From: an uncultured Sphingomonas sp.
GTDB taxonomy: Bacteria > Pseudomonadota > Alphaproteobacteria > Sphingomonadales > Sphingomonadaceae
DNA: 64,000 nt
Assembly: GCA_966186155.1 (NCBI GenBank)
Contig: CBIFVW010000001.1
Coordinates: forward strand, 3,543-67,542
Reading direction: 5' to 3'
Below are positions 45,521 to 54,752 of this stretch, piece by piece. Both the position numbers and the translations under genes were made by a program. The stretch's first letter is position 1, and each line of letters opens with the position of its first letter. Below the pieces are notes generated by a model. That model ran no database searches and was not told the origin of the DNA. It worked only from the letters and a program-made list of their open reading frames with translations.

Positions 45521-45772
45521 TTGCGCACCGTCTCCACGCTCAAGGGCCTCGGCTATCTCACTTCGACGCTGAGCGTGATCCTGCTCGGCATCGTCAGTCT
45601 GAAGGCGGCCCAGGAAAGCGCCCTGCTGGCGGCGTGCCTCGTCCTCGGCATGGCGACGTCGGTCCTCGGCATGTTCCTGCGCTGGCGCTCGCACCGCCTG
45701 GAGCAGCACGAAAAGCCGCCCGAGGCCCGGCCCGCGCAGAAAACAGGTGACTGGCGGCACGAGCTCGGATAG
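45521..45772 (+). CDS. small hypothetical two-TM membrane protein
   Basis: An in-frame TTG at 45521 lies 8 nt after GAGG; the ORF track starts at the TTG at 45485, which would sit inside the promoter motif. Third positions are strongly G/C. Hydrophobic segments are GYLTSTLSVILLGIVSL and ALLAACLVLGMATSVLGMFL. Confidence 0.5.
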   Translation: MRTVSTLKGLGYLTSTLSVILLGIVSLKAAQESALLAACLVLGMATSVLGMFLRWRSHRLEQHEKPPEARPAQKTGDWRHELG

Positions 45773-45806
45773 TTAGGCTTTAACCTAACTGATCGAGGAG
45801 TCCTCC

Positions 45807-46457
45807 ATGAAGCCCCAATTCTTCGGCCACCCCTTCTCGTCCTACACCTGGAAGGCGCTGATCGCGCTCTACGAGAACGGGACCGATTTCGAATATCGCC
45901 ACCTCGAGGATGCCGAGGCGGGCCGCGAATGGGAGGAGCGCTGGCCGCTCAAGCGCTTCCCGATCCTGGTCGACGGGGACCGGACCTTGCTCGAGGCATC
46001 GATCGTCGTCGAATATCTCCAGCTTCACTATCCGGGTCCGGTCCGGCTGATCCCCGCCGATCCCGACGCGGCCATCGAGGTCCGCATGCTCGACCGGCTG
46101 TTCGACAATTACGTGATGGGATCGATGCAGGCGCCGGTGGCCGACAGCATCCGTCCCGAGGACAAGCGCGATCCGCACGGCGTCGCCCAGGCGATGGCGA
46201 TGCTCGACAAGGCCTATGCCTGGCTCGATGCGCGCATGGCGGACCGCGAATGGGCCGCGGGCGATTTCAGCCTCGCCGATTGCGCCGCCGCGCCCGCGCT
46301 CTTCTATGCCGACTGGGTGCGCGAGATCCCCGGGACCCTGCCGCATCTGCGCGCCTATCGCGCGCGGCTGCTCGCGCGCCCGTCGGTCGCCCGCTGCGTC
46401 GAGGAGGCGCGCCCCTATCGCGGCTATTTTCCGCTCGGCGCACCCGACCGGGATTAG
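45807..46457 (+). CDS. glutathione S-transferase family protein
   Basis: 216 aa. RBS GAGGAG. The N-terminal thioredoxin-like fold has SSYTWKALIAL...PILVDGDRTLLEASIVVEYL. The C-terminal helical domain has FSLADCAAAPALFY. Confidence 0.85.
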   Translation: MKPQFFGHPFSSYTWKALIALYENGTDFEYRHLEDAEAGREWEERWPLKRFPILVDGDRTLLEASIVVEYLQLHYPGPVRLIPADPDAAIEVRMLDRLFDNYVMGSMQAPVADSIRPEDKRDPHGVAQAMAMLDKAYAWLDARMADREWAAGDFSLADCAAAPALFYADWVREIPGTLPHLRAYRARLLARPSVARCVEEARPYRGYFPLGAPDRD

Positions 46458-46538
46458 GGTTTTCGCAACCCTGTGGCTTAACCCCAGCTTCAGACCGCGG
46501 GCGCACAATCATGACTGGGCCGGGCGGGAAAACATGTT

Positions 46539-47480
46539 ATGACACAGGGACTTGCGTCCTCGACGATCTTCAGTCTCGCCGCCGAGCCGCCGGCGCAGCT
46601 CGGGCTCGACCCCGATGATTCCGCGAGCTTCGACTCGGCGTTCCTCGTCGACGAGGACGGCCGCCTCCCCTGCGCGATCCGCAAGCTCACCGCCGCCGGC
46701 GCGACGCTGCAGCTCGATTGCGAAGTGAACGAAGGCGATTCGCTCAGCCTCGAGCTCGCCAACGGCCAGTCGCTCGCCGGGAGGATCGCCTGGTCCGGCG
46801 AAGGCACCGCGGGCTTCCTGTTCGACGTGCCGATCGACGTGATCAGCACGCTGGCGCGCAACCTCGCGGCGCTGCCCGCCGAGCGCCGCACCGTGCCGCG
46901 CGTCGAGCTGCACCAGACGGTCTGCGTGCGGCGCGGCAACCAGGTCGAGTTCACGCGCAGCCGCAACCTCTCGCAGGGGGGCGCCGGCATCGAGACCCAG
47001 ATCGCGCTGCAGGAGGGCGATCGCGTCCAGATCAACTTCGACGGGCTGAAGCCGCTCGACGGCGTGGTCCGCTGGTGCCAGGGCAGCCAGGCGGGCATCG
47101 CCTTCGACGAGGATATTCCGTGGCAGCTGCTGATGCCGTGGCTGCGCCAGGTCCAGAAGACGCCGCAGCATCCCACCCGCACCGCGGTGATGCAGGAGCC
47201 GAGCGGCCTGATCCCCGAGCAGCACGCGATCCGCCTCGACCTGCCCGCACGCGTTCGAGAGGGCGTGCGCTGGTGGAACGTGAAGGTGTGCGCGATCACG
47301 CCCCAGCTCGTCGAGTTCGAGACCCGCGCCGAGTTCGCGCCGGGCGCCCAGCTCTGGGTGTCGCTCCCGGGCATCGGCGGCGCGCCCGCCTCGGTGATCG
47401 AGGCAGACCGCAACCGCTTCCTGTGCGAGTTCCGCCTGCCGCTGCGCCAGCGCGACATCGGGATGATCTCGGGGCGCTAG
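46539..47480 (+). CDS. multi-PilZ-domain protein (three PilZ-like repeats, the middle one canonical)
   Basis: 313 aa. Repeat 2 has RRTVPR (RxxxR) and NLSQGG (NxSxxG). All three repeats end in G(R/V)(I/V)(A/R)W...G.AG(I/F).F-like or related beta-barrel ends. Repeats 1 and 3 lack RxxxR. Confidence 0.75.
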   Translation: MTQGLASSTIFSLAAEPPAQLGLDPDDSASFDSAFLVDEDGRLPCAIRKLTAAGATLQLDCEVNEGDSLSLELANGQSLAGRIAWSGEGTAGFLFDVPIDVISTLARNLAALPAERRTVPRVELHQTVCVRRGNQVEFTRSRNLSQGGAGIETQIALQEGDRVQINFDGLKPLDGVVRWCQGSQAGIAFDEDIPWQLLMPWLRQVQKTPQHPTRTAVMQEPSGLIPEQHAIRLDLPARVREGVRWWNVKVCAITPQLVEFETRAEFAPGAQLWVSLPGIGGAPASVIEADRNRFLCEFRLPLRQRDIGMISGR

Positions 47481-47504
47481 CCCTTGCGTTGACCTTCAAC
47501 AAGG

Positions 47505-47698
47505 TCCTCCCCCGGAGGGGGAGGGGGACCGCGCCCGCAGGGCGTGGTGGAGGGGTATTCTCCACGTGCGGTGGCCCTGGTTGGACAGGCCGCGCCTTCC
47601 CCGGCTCGATATGTCGCCGCTCCTCCGAACCATGGTGCCCGCGGTAGGCTAACCCCTCCGTCAGCCCTGCGGGCTGCCACCTCCCCCTCCGGGGAGGA
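47505..47698. repeat. GC-rich composite palindromic intergenic repeat, copy D (largest)
   Basis: The left arm is TCCTCCCCCGGAGGGGGAGGGGGACCGCGCCCGCAGGGCGTGGTGGAGGGGT. The right arm is ACCCCTCCGTCAGCCCTGCGGGCTGCCACCTCCCCCTCCGGGGAGGA. The spacer is about 95 nt. The element lies between the multi-PilZ gene and moeA. Confidence 0.85.
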
Positions 47699-47784
47699 TT
47701 TATAGGATGCCGGCACGACCAGGCCTTCGCCGGGGAACCGCCAGAACGATGACTCTCCCGCCGATCCCTCCTAGGACTCGCGCC

Positions 47785-48972
47785 ATGCCTTCCCCCCTCC
47801 TGCCCCTCGACCAGGCCCAGTCCCGCCTCCTCGCCCTCGCCGTTCCTGTCCCGGAGGAGACCGCCCCCCTCGCCGAGGCCGCCGGCCGCTGGGCAGCGCG
47901 AGACGTGGCGGCGCTGCGCACCCAGCCCGCATCCGATCTTTCGGCGATGGACGGCTATGCGATCCGGTTCGCCGACCTGCCCGGCCCATGGGAAGTGATC
48001 GGCGAGAGCGCCGCCGGGCGCGGCTTCGCGGGCACCGCCGGCCCCGGCCAGGCCGTCCGCATATTCACCGGGGCGCCGCTCCCCGCCGGGGCCGACACCG
48101 TGCTCGTCCAGGAGGAGGCGGCGCGCGACGGCGTCCGGCTCGCCCTCGCGGGCGAAGGCCCGGCGCATCGGGGGCGCAACGTCCGTCGCCGCGGCCTGGA
48201 TTTCGGCGAGGGCGACCTGCTGATCCGCGCCGGCGAGCGGCTCACCCCCGCTCGACTCGCGCTCGCGGCGATCGCCGGCCACGCCGCGCTGCCGGTGCGC
48301 TGCAAGGTCCGCGTCGCGCTCGCGGCGACCGGGGACGAGCTCGTGCCGCCGGGCACCCCGCCGGGGTCCGACCAGCTTCCCGAGACCAACAGACTGATGC
48401 TCGCCGCCCAGCTCGCCGGGCTGCCGGTCGAGCTCGTCGATCTCGGCATCCTCCCCGATCGCCGCGACGCGCTCGAGGCCGCCTTCCGCGCGGTGGCGTG
48501 CGACTTGCTCGTCACCACCGGCGGCGCCTCGGTCGGCGACCATGACCTGGTCCGCCCCGCGCTCGAGGACGCCGGCGCGGCGATCGACTTCTGGAAGATC
48601 GCGCTGCGCCCCGGCAAGCCGGTGATGGCCGGCCGGCTCGGCGAAGCGGTGGTGCTGGGGCTGCCCGGCAATCCGGTCTCGGCCTTCGTCACCGCGCTGC
48701 TCCTCGTCCGCCCGCTGGTCGCGCATCTGGCCGGCGCCGCCGATCCCTTCCCGCGGCCCCGGCCCGCGATCCTCGGCGAGGCGCTGCCCGCCAACGGCCC
48801 GCGCACCGACTATCTGCGTGCCGAGCTGGTCGACGGCCGCGCCTTCGCATCGACGATCCAGGACTCGTCGATGCTGCGCACGCTCGCCCGCGCGGCCTGC
48901 CTGATCGTGCGCGAACCGCACGCGCCGGAGGCCAGGGCGGGCGACTCGGCGGAAATCCTGGATATCGCTTGA
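47785..48972 (+). CDS. moeA: molybdopterin molybdotransferase MoeA
   Basis: I prefer the ATG at 47785 (47749 is possible). Motifs: SAMDGYAIR, RIFTGAPLPAGADTVL, TTGGASVGDHD, PGKP...LPGNPVSA. Confidence 0.9.
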   Translation: MPSPLLPLDQAQSRLLALAVPVPEETAPLAEAAGRWAARDVAALRTQPASDLSAMDGYAIRFADLPGPWEVIGESAAGRGFAGTAGPGQAVRIFTGAPLPAGADTVLVQEEAARDGVRLALAGEGPAHRGRNVRRRGLDFGEGDLLIRAGERLTPARLALAAIAGHAALPVRCKVRVALAATGDELVPPGTPPGSDQLPETNRLMLAAQLAGLPVELVDLGILPDRRDALEAAFRAVACDLLVTTGGASVGDHDLVRPALEDAGAAIDFWKIALRPGKPVMAGRLGEAVVLGLPGNPVSAFVTALLLVRPLVAHLAGAADPFPRPRPAILGEALPANGPRTDYLRAELVDGRAFASTIQDSSMLRTLARAACLIVREPHAPEARAGDSAEILDIA

Positions 48973-48982
48973 CAAGCCGACG

Positions 48983-49012
48983 GAACATTGCGTAAACGTT
49001 CCCAATCTGTTC
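48983..49012 (+). promoter_or_regulatory. alphaproteobacterial SOS (LexA) box upstream of lexA
   Basis: GTTC-CCAATCT-GTTC at 48998..49012 is a perfect GTTC-N7-GTTC. It abuts GAAC-ATTGCGT-AAAC at 48983..48997, an opposite-orientation box with one mismatch. A TTGACA at 48969..48974, followed 17 nt later by GTAAAC, could be the promoter. Confidence 0.7.
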
Positions 49013-49028
49013 TGGATGGGAGGATTGG

Positions 49029-49709
49029 ATGCTCACGCGCAAGCAGCACGAGCTCATCTGCTTCATCGCCGATCGGCTTGCCGAGACCGGCGTCTCGCCT
49101 TCGTTCGAGGAAATGAAGGAGGCGCTCGATCTCAAGTCGAAGTCGGGCGTGCACCGGCTGATCTCCGCGCTCGAGGAGCGGCAGTTCATTCGCCGCCTCC
49201 CCAATCGCGCCCGCGCGCTCGAGGTGCTGCGCATGCCCGAGCGCGGCGACGCGAAGAAGCCCGCCGCGCGCGCCGACAAGCCCGCGCTGGTGTCAACTTC
49301 GTCAACTTCGGTCCCGACGCCCGCCAACGACGTGGTCGAGATCCCGCTGCACGGCCGGATCGCCGCCGGCACGCCGATCGAGGCGCTCGAGGGCTCGACG
49401 ATGCTTCCCGTCCCCGCCGCGCTGCTCGGCGCGGGCGAGCATTATGCGCTCGAGGTCGCGGGCGATTCGATGGTCGAGGCGGGGATCCTCGACGGCGACT
49501 ATGCGCTGATCCGCCGCACCGACGTGGCGCGCGATGGCGAGATCGTCGTGGCGCTGATCGACGATGCGGAGGCGACGCTCAAATATTTCCGCAAGGAAGG
49601 CGCGATGATCCGGCTCGATCCCGCCAATCGCGACTATAACCCGCAGCGCTACCGTCCCGACCAGATCCGCGTGCAGGGCCGTCTCGCCGGATTGCTTCGT
49701 AGATATTGA
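49029..49709 (+). CDS. lexA: LexA repressor
   Basis: 226 aa. N-terminal w[32 protein letters not shown]. Cleavage region IAAG. Catalytic motifs GDSM and ATLK. Confidence 0.95.
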   Translation: MLTRKQHELICFIADRLAETGVSPSFEEMKEALDLKSKSGVHRLISALEERQFIRRLPNRARALEVLRMPERGDAKKPAARADKPALVSTSSTSVPTPANDVVEIPLHGRIAAGTPIEALEGSTMLPVPAALLGAGEHYALEVAGDSMVEAGILDGDYALIRRTDVARDGEIVVALIDDAEATLKYFRKEGAMIRLDPANRDYNPQRYRPDQIRVQGRLAGLLRRY

Positions 49710-49730
49710 GACTTTCGTGACTTTCCGGGT

Positions 49731-51875
49731 TCAGCGCGCCGGCTCGAACGGCGGCTGCACCGTCGGCGGGTCGATCCACGGATGCGTGCCGGCGCCGCGT
49801 ACCGTCATGACCCGCCCGCTCGCGAAGGCGATCGATACGCCGCCCGTCCGCGCCAGCACCGGGCGGTCCAGCTTCAGCCAGCGCGGGCCGCAGCCGGGCG
49901 GTAGGCGGCGGTCGCTGATCATGACGTCGACCGCGCGGCACAGGGCGATCATCTCCGTCCAGGGCACCGCATAGCCGCTCCGCGTCGCCGCGACGCGCCA
50001 CGACCGCGCGCCGGCGCGATGCTCGATCAGGCACAGGTCCGGGCTGCACCGCGCGCCCGGCTGGTCGGCCAGCGCGACCAGCGCGTCGTCGACGCCGCCA
50101 TTCTCGCCGAGCATCGAGCGGGTATAGTCGCCCGCCCGGTCGCGGAGGAGCGCCATGCCGCCACCGGGCATGCGGATCGCGAGGTGGCGGCCGTCGCCGG
50201 TGACGATCAGATCGGGCGCCGGCGTGAGCAGCGCCCAGGCCATGCCCGCCGCCAACGGCGCCGCGCCGGCCCAGCGCGCCCGTGTCCGCCACAGCGCGAG
50301 CCACAGCCCGCCCGCGACCATCAGCGCATAGGCGCCACCCGGCATCGCGGGCAGCGACGCGATCGCGCCGGGGGCGTGCGCGGTGGTCCGCGCCAGCCAC
50401 AGCAGCAGGTCGAGCGCCCGCGCCGTGAGCCACCAGGCCGGCGCACCCGCTCCCACCAGGTCGAGCAGCAGCGCCAGCGCCTTGATCGGCATGATCACGA
50501 AGGTGGTGAGCGGGATCGCGACGATGTTGGCGAGCGCGCCATAGATGCCCGCCTGGTGGAAATGGAACAGCGCGATCGGCATCAGCGCCAGCTCGACCGC
50601 CACGCCGGTGAGCAGCAGCGATCCGAGCCCGCGCAGCAGCCGCGCGCCGCGCCCCTCCTCGCGCCGTCCGAACCAGCGCTTCATCCGCGGGCTCTCGTGC
50701 AGCGCGACGATCGCGGTGACCGCCGCGAAGCTCAGCTGGAAGCTCGGTCCCGCCAGCGCCTCGGGCCAGAGCAGCAGCACCACCAGCGCCCCCGTCGCGA
50801 CCAGCCGCAGCGTGATCGCCTCGCGCCCCAGGCTCAGCGCGAGCAGGACGAGCAGCGCGGCGACGCAGGAGCGGATCGTCGGCACCTCGGCGCCGGTGAG
50901 CCAGGTATAGCCCACCGCCGCCGTCGCGCCCGCCCCCGCCGCCACCAGCGGCAGCCGCCAGCGCAGCGCGAGGACGGGGCTCAGCGCGAGCAGGCGCAAC
51001 ACCACCAGCATCGCCGCCGCGGTGACCGCGGTGACGTGCAGCCCGCTCACCGATAGCAGATGCGCGAGCCCCGAGCGCTGCATCGCCTCGGCATCGTCGT
51101 CGCTGATCGCGCCGCGGTCGCCGGTCGCGAGCGCGCTGGCGATGCCGCCGCCGCTCCCCTCGATCCGCGACTGGATGTGCGCCGAGAGCCGCGCGCGCAG
51201 GTCCGACTCCGCTTGGCCGGACCGCAGGACCTCCACCGGCGCGAAACCCTTGCCGGTCGCGCCGAGCCCGTCGAACCAGGCGACGCGCGCGAAGTCATAG
51301 GCGCCCGGCACCGAGGGTTCGGGCGGCGGCATCAGCCGGGCGCGCAGCCGCACCGTCGCGCCGCGCGTCAAACCGGCCGGGAGGTCGCCCGCCGCGAGAT
51401 TGACTCGCACCTTCGCGGGCAGATCGCTGCGTCCCGGCAGCAGCGTCACGCGCGCCATGTCGCGCGCCGGCAATTGCTCGACCCGCACGACTCGAGCCTC
51501 GAGCGTCACCAGCGCCGGCCGCGCCAACACCGGCGCCGCGACACTTTCGGCGCGCCACCAGATCAGCGCGCATCCCGCCGCCATCACCACACCGCCGACG
51601 AGCAGGACGCGGCCTAGCCGTCCCGGCAGCGCCAGCCCGATCAGCGCCACCGCGGCGCTGCCGAGCAGGAACCCGGTCCAGCGCGCCGCGTCTGGCAGCA
51701 CGAACCACGCCGCGATCCCCGCTCCGAGCGCCACGGGGATCCACAAGGCGAGCTGGGCGCGTTCGGCCTCGAGCCAAAGCTCGATCGCTTCGCGCAGCTG
51801 GCGAAGTACCCTCCCCGCCCCCATTTGTAGGAGGCCAAGGCGCGTGCTAGGGGCCTCGGCGGCTGAACTGGCCAT
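49731..51875 (-). CDS. comEC: ComEC/Rec2-family inner-membrane DNA-uptake channel protein
   Basis: 714 aa (start uncertain; Met18 is possible). The polytopic core contains [13 protein letters not shown]. The position next to lexA and divergent from gltX is conserved in alphaproteobacteria. Confidence 0.85.
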   Translation of the reverse strand: MASSAAEAPSTRLGLLQMGAGRVLRQLREAIELWLEAERAQLALWIPVALGAGIAAWFVLPDAARWTGFLLGSAAVALIGLALPGRLGRVLLVGGVVMAAGCALIWWRAESVAAPVLARPALVTLEARVVRVEQLPARDMARVTLLPGRSDLPAKVRVNLAAGDLPAGLTRGATVRLRARLMPPPEPSVPGAYDFARVAWFDGLGATGKGFAPVEVLRSGQAESDLRARLSAHIQSRIEGSGGGIASALATGDRGAISDDDAEAMQRSGLAHLLSVSGLHVTAVTAAAMLVVLRLLALSPVLALRWRLPLVAAGAGATAAVGYTWLTGAEVPTIRSCVAALLVLLALSLGREAITLRLVATGALVVLLLWPEALAGPSFQLSFAAVTAIVALHESPRMKRWFGRREEGRGARLLRGLGSLLLTGVAVELALMPIALFHFHQAGIYGALANIVAIPLTTFVIMPIKALALLLDLVGAGAPAWWLTARALDLLLWLARTTAHAPGAIASLPAMPGGAYALMVAGGLWLALWRTRARWAGAAPLAAGMAWALLTPAPDLIVTGDGRHLAIRMPGGGMALLRDRAGDYTRSMLGENGGVDDALVALADQPGARCSPDLCLIEHRAGARSWRVAATRSGYAVPWTEMIALCRAVDVMISDRRLPPGCGPRWLKLDRPVLARTGGVSIAFASGRVMTVRGAGTHPWIDPPTVQPPFEPAR

Positions 51876-51927
51876 CGATCATCAACTCTGGGAGCATGCG
51901 CGGTTGAGCGCAACATCTGATACGCCG

Positions 51928-53343
51928 ATGAAAGACCTTGGCGCGAAACGGAGCGTCGTCACGCGCTTCGCGCCGTCCCCCACCGGTTTCCTGCACATCG
52001 GCGGCGCCCGCACCGCGCTGTTCAACCTGCTGTTCGCGCGCCATCACGGCGGCGGGTTCCTGCTGCGCATCGAGGATACCGATCGCGCGCGCTCGACCCA
52101 GCCGGCGATCGACGCGATCCTCGACGGGATGCGCTGGCTCGGGCTCGATTGGGACGGGCCCGAAATCTACCAGTTCGCCCGCGCCGAGCGGCATGCCGAG
52201 GTCGCGCGCGCCATGATCGAGAAGGGCGCGGCCTATCGCTGCTATCTCACCCAGGACGAGCTCGCTCGGATGCGCGCCGAGGCCGAGGCGGCGAAGAAGC
52301 CCTTGCGCATCCGCTCGCCCTGGCGCGACCGCGACAACAACGACGCGGCCGCGCCGTACGTCGTCCGCCTCAAGGCGCCGACCGAAGGATCGACGACGAT
52401 CCAGGATCATGTCCAGGGCGAAGTCACCGTCCAGAACAGCGAGATCGACGACCTGGTCCTGCTCCGCTCGGACGGCACGCCGACCTATATGCTCGCCGTG
52501 GTGGTCGACGATCACGACATGGGCGTGACTCACGTCATCCGCGGCGACGACCATCTCAACAACGCCTTCCGCCAGCTCCCCATCTATCGGGCGATGGGCT
52601 GGCCGGAGCCCGAATATGCGCATATCCCGCTGATCCACGGTTCGGACGGCGCCAAGCTCTCGAAGCGCCACGGCGCGCTCGGAGTCGATTCCTATCGCGA
52701 CGAGATGGGCATCCTCCCCGAAGCGCTGTCCAACTACCTGCTTCGCCTCGGCTGGGGCCATGGTGACGACGAGATCATCAGCCGTGAGCAGGCGATCGAA
52801 TGGTTCGATCTCGCAGGGGTGGGGAAATCGCCATCCAGGTTCGATCTGAAGAAGCTGGAGAACCTCAACGGTCATTATATCCGCGCTGCCGACGACGGCC
52901 GCCTCGCCGATCTAGTCGCGGCGCGGCTCGATGCGGGGCTCGACGGATCGCAGCGCGACCTTCTGCGCCGCAGCATGCCCGCGTTGAAGCCGCGCGCCGC
53001 CAATCTCCTGGAGTTGGCCGAGGGCGCCCGCTTCCTGTTTCGCACTCGCCCACTCGAATTGGACGACGACGCGCGCGCTCTGCTAGAGGGCGACGCGCGG
53101 GCGCTGCTGGGCCGGCTCCACACCGCGCTTGACGGCGTGGACAGCTGGGATACGGAAGCGCTCGAAGCGGCGGTACGCACCGTCGCGGACGAAGCGGGGG
53201 TCAAGCTTGGTGCAGCCGCGCAACCGTTGCGCGCGGCGCTCACCGGGCGGCGCACTTCGCCCGGCATCTTCGACGTCCTGGCGCTGCTGGGCCGCGACGA
53301 GAGCCTGGCCCGCATCGCCGACCAGATGACCGTGCCCGCCTGA
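51928..53343 (+). CDS. gltX: glutamyl-tRNA synthetase
   Basis: ATG at 51928 within ORF 51400..53343. HIGH motif in [26 protein letters not shown]-like motif KLSKRHG. Confidence 0.95.
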   Translation: MKDLGAKRSVVTRFAPSPTGFLHIGGARTALFNLLFARHHGGGFLLRIEDTDRARSTQPAIDAILDGMRWLGLDWDGPEIYQFARAERHAEVARAMIEKGAAYRCYLTQDELARMRAEAEAAKKPLRIRSPWRDRDNNDAAAPYVVRLKAPTEGSTTIQDHVQGEVTVQNSEIDDLVLLRSDGTPTYMLAVVVDDHDMGVTHVIRGDDHLNNAFRQLPIYRAMGWPEPEYAHIPLIHGSDGAKLSKRHGALGVDSYRDEMGILPEALSNYLLRLGWGHGDDEIISREQAIEWFDLAGVGKSPSRFDLKKLENLNGHYIRAADDGRLADLVAARLDAGLDGSQRDLLRRSMPALKPRAANLLELAEGARFLFRTRPLELDDDARALLEGDARALLGRLHTALDGVDSWDTEALEAAVRTVADEAGVKLGAAAQPLRAALTGRRTSPGIFDVLALLGRDESLARIADQMTVPA

Positions 53344-53368
53344 ATCGGGTCATAGAAGGAAGACGAGA

Positions 53369-54652
53369 ATGAGCGACACTGCGAAGCTGCAGGTTCCGGG
53401 GAAGGACGTCGATTACCCGATCCTCTCGGGCAGCGTCGGCCCGGACGTGATCGACATCCGCAAGCTCTATGGCCAGACGGGCATGTTTACCTATGATCCG
53501 GGCTTCACGTCGACGGCGTCGTGCGAATCCGGCCTCACCTATATCGATGGCGACGCAGGCGTGCTGCTCCATCGCGGCTACCCGATCGGCCAGCTCGCCG
53601 AGCATTCGAGCTTCATGGAGGTCTCCTACCTCCTCCTCAACGGCGAGCTGCCGACCAAGGAGGAGCTCGACAAGTTCAGCTGGACGATCACCCGCCACAC
53701 CATGCTGCACGAGCAGCTCGCGACCTTCTACCGCGGTTTCCGGCGCGACGCGCACCCGATGGCGGTGATGTGCGGCGTGGTCGGCGCGCTCTCGGCCTTC
53801 TACCATGATTCGACCGACATCACCGATCCGCACCAGCGGATGATCGCGTCGCACCGGCTGATCGCCAAGATGCCGACGATCGCGGCGATGGCGTACAAGT
53901 ACAGCGTCGGCCAGCCCTTCCTCTATCCGCAGAACGATCTGAGCTACACCGGCAACTTCCTGCGCATGACCTTCGGCGTCCCGGCCGAGCAATATGAAGT
54001 GAACCCGGTGGTCGAGAAGGCGCTCGACCGCATCTTCATCCTCCACGCCGATCACGAGCAGAACGCCTCGACCTCGACCGTGCGGCTCGCCGGCTCGTCG
54101 GGCGCGAATCCCTTCGCGTGCATCGCGGCGGGCATCGCCTGCCTGTGGGGACCGGCGCATGGCGGCGCCAACGAAGCGGCGCTCAACATGCTCCACGAGA
54201 TCGGCCGCCCCGAGCGCATCCCCGAGTTCATCGCGCGCGCCAAGGACAAGAACGACCCGTTCCGCCTGATGGGATTCGGCCACCGCGTCTACAAGAACTA
54301 TGATCCGCGCGCGACCGTGATGCAGAAGACGGTGCGCGAGGTGTTCGCGGCGCTGAAGGTCAACGATCCCGTCTTCGAAGTGGCCCTCCAGCTCGAGGAG
54401 ATGGCGCTCAAGGACGATTATTTCATCGAGAAGAAGCTCTTCCCGAACGTCGATTTCTATTCGGGCGTGATCCTCTCGGCGATCGGCTTCCCGACCACGA
54501 TGTTCACCGCCCTGTTCGCGCTCGCCCGCACCGTCGGCTGGGTCGCGCAATGGAACGAGATGATTTCGGACCCCGAGCAGAAGATCGGCCGCCCCCGCCA
54601 GCTCTACACCGGCCCGATGCAGCGCGACTATGTGCCGGTGGAGAAGCGCTGA
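53369..54652 (+). CDS. gltA: citrate synthase (type II)
   Basis: 427 aa. Motifs: [48 protein letters not shown]. Confidence 0.95.
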   Translation: MSDTAKLQVPGKDVDYPILSGSVGPDVIDIRKLYGQTGMFTYDPGFTSTASCESGLTYIDGDAGVLLHRGYPIGQLAEHSSFMEVSYLLLNGELPTKEELDKFSWTITRHTMLHEQLATFYRGFRRDAHPMAVMCGVVGALSAFYHDSTDITDPHQRMIASHRLIAKMPTIAAMAYKYSVGQPFLYPQNDLSYTGNFLRMTFGVPAEQYEVNPVVEKALDRIFILHADHEQNASTSTVRLAGSSGANPFACIAAGIACLWGPAHGGANEAALNMLHEIGRPERIPEFIARAKDKNDPFRLMGFGHRVYKNYDPRATVMQKTVREVFAALKVNDPVFEVALQLEEMALKDDYFIEKKLFPNVDFYSGVILSAIGFPTTMFTALFALARTVGWVAQWNEMISDPEQKIGRPRQLYTGPMQRDYVPVEKR

Positions 54653-54752
54653 GGCCGCGCCAACCTTAACCTCAGCGAACAACTCGATTCAGCAACCTGA
54701 TCGGATCGCATGCGTAGACTCGGCGGCATGCGGGGAAGAGAGGAGAGTTGAG

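Noticed and set aside
46456-46472. The hairpin AGGGTT-ttcgc-AACCCT after the GST gene, considered as a terminator.
   Set aside because: It has only a 6-bp stem and no following U-run. That is too weak to call without transcript data.
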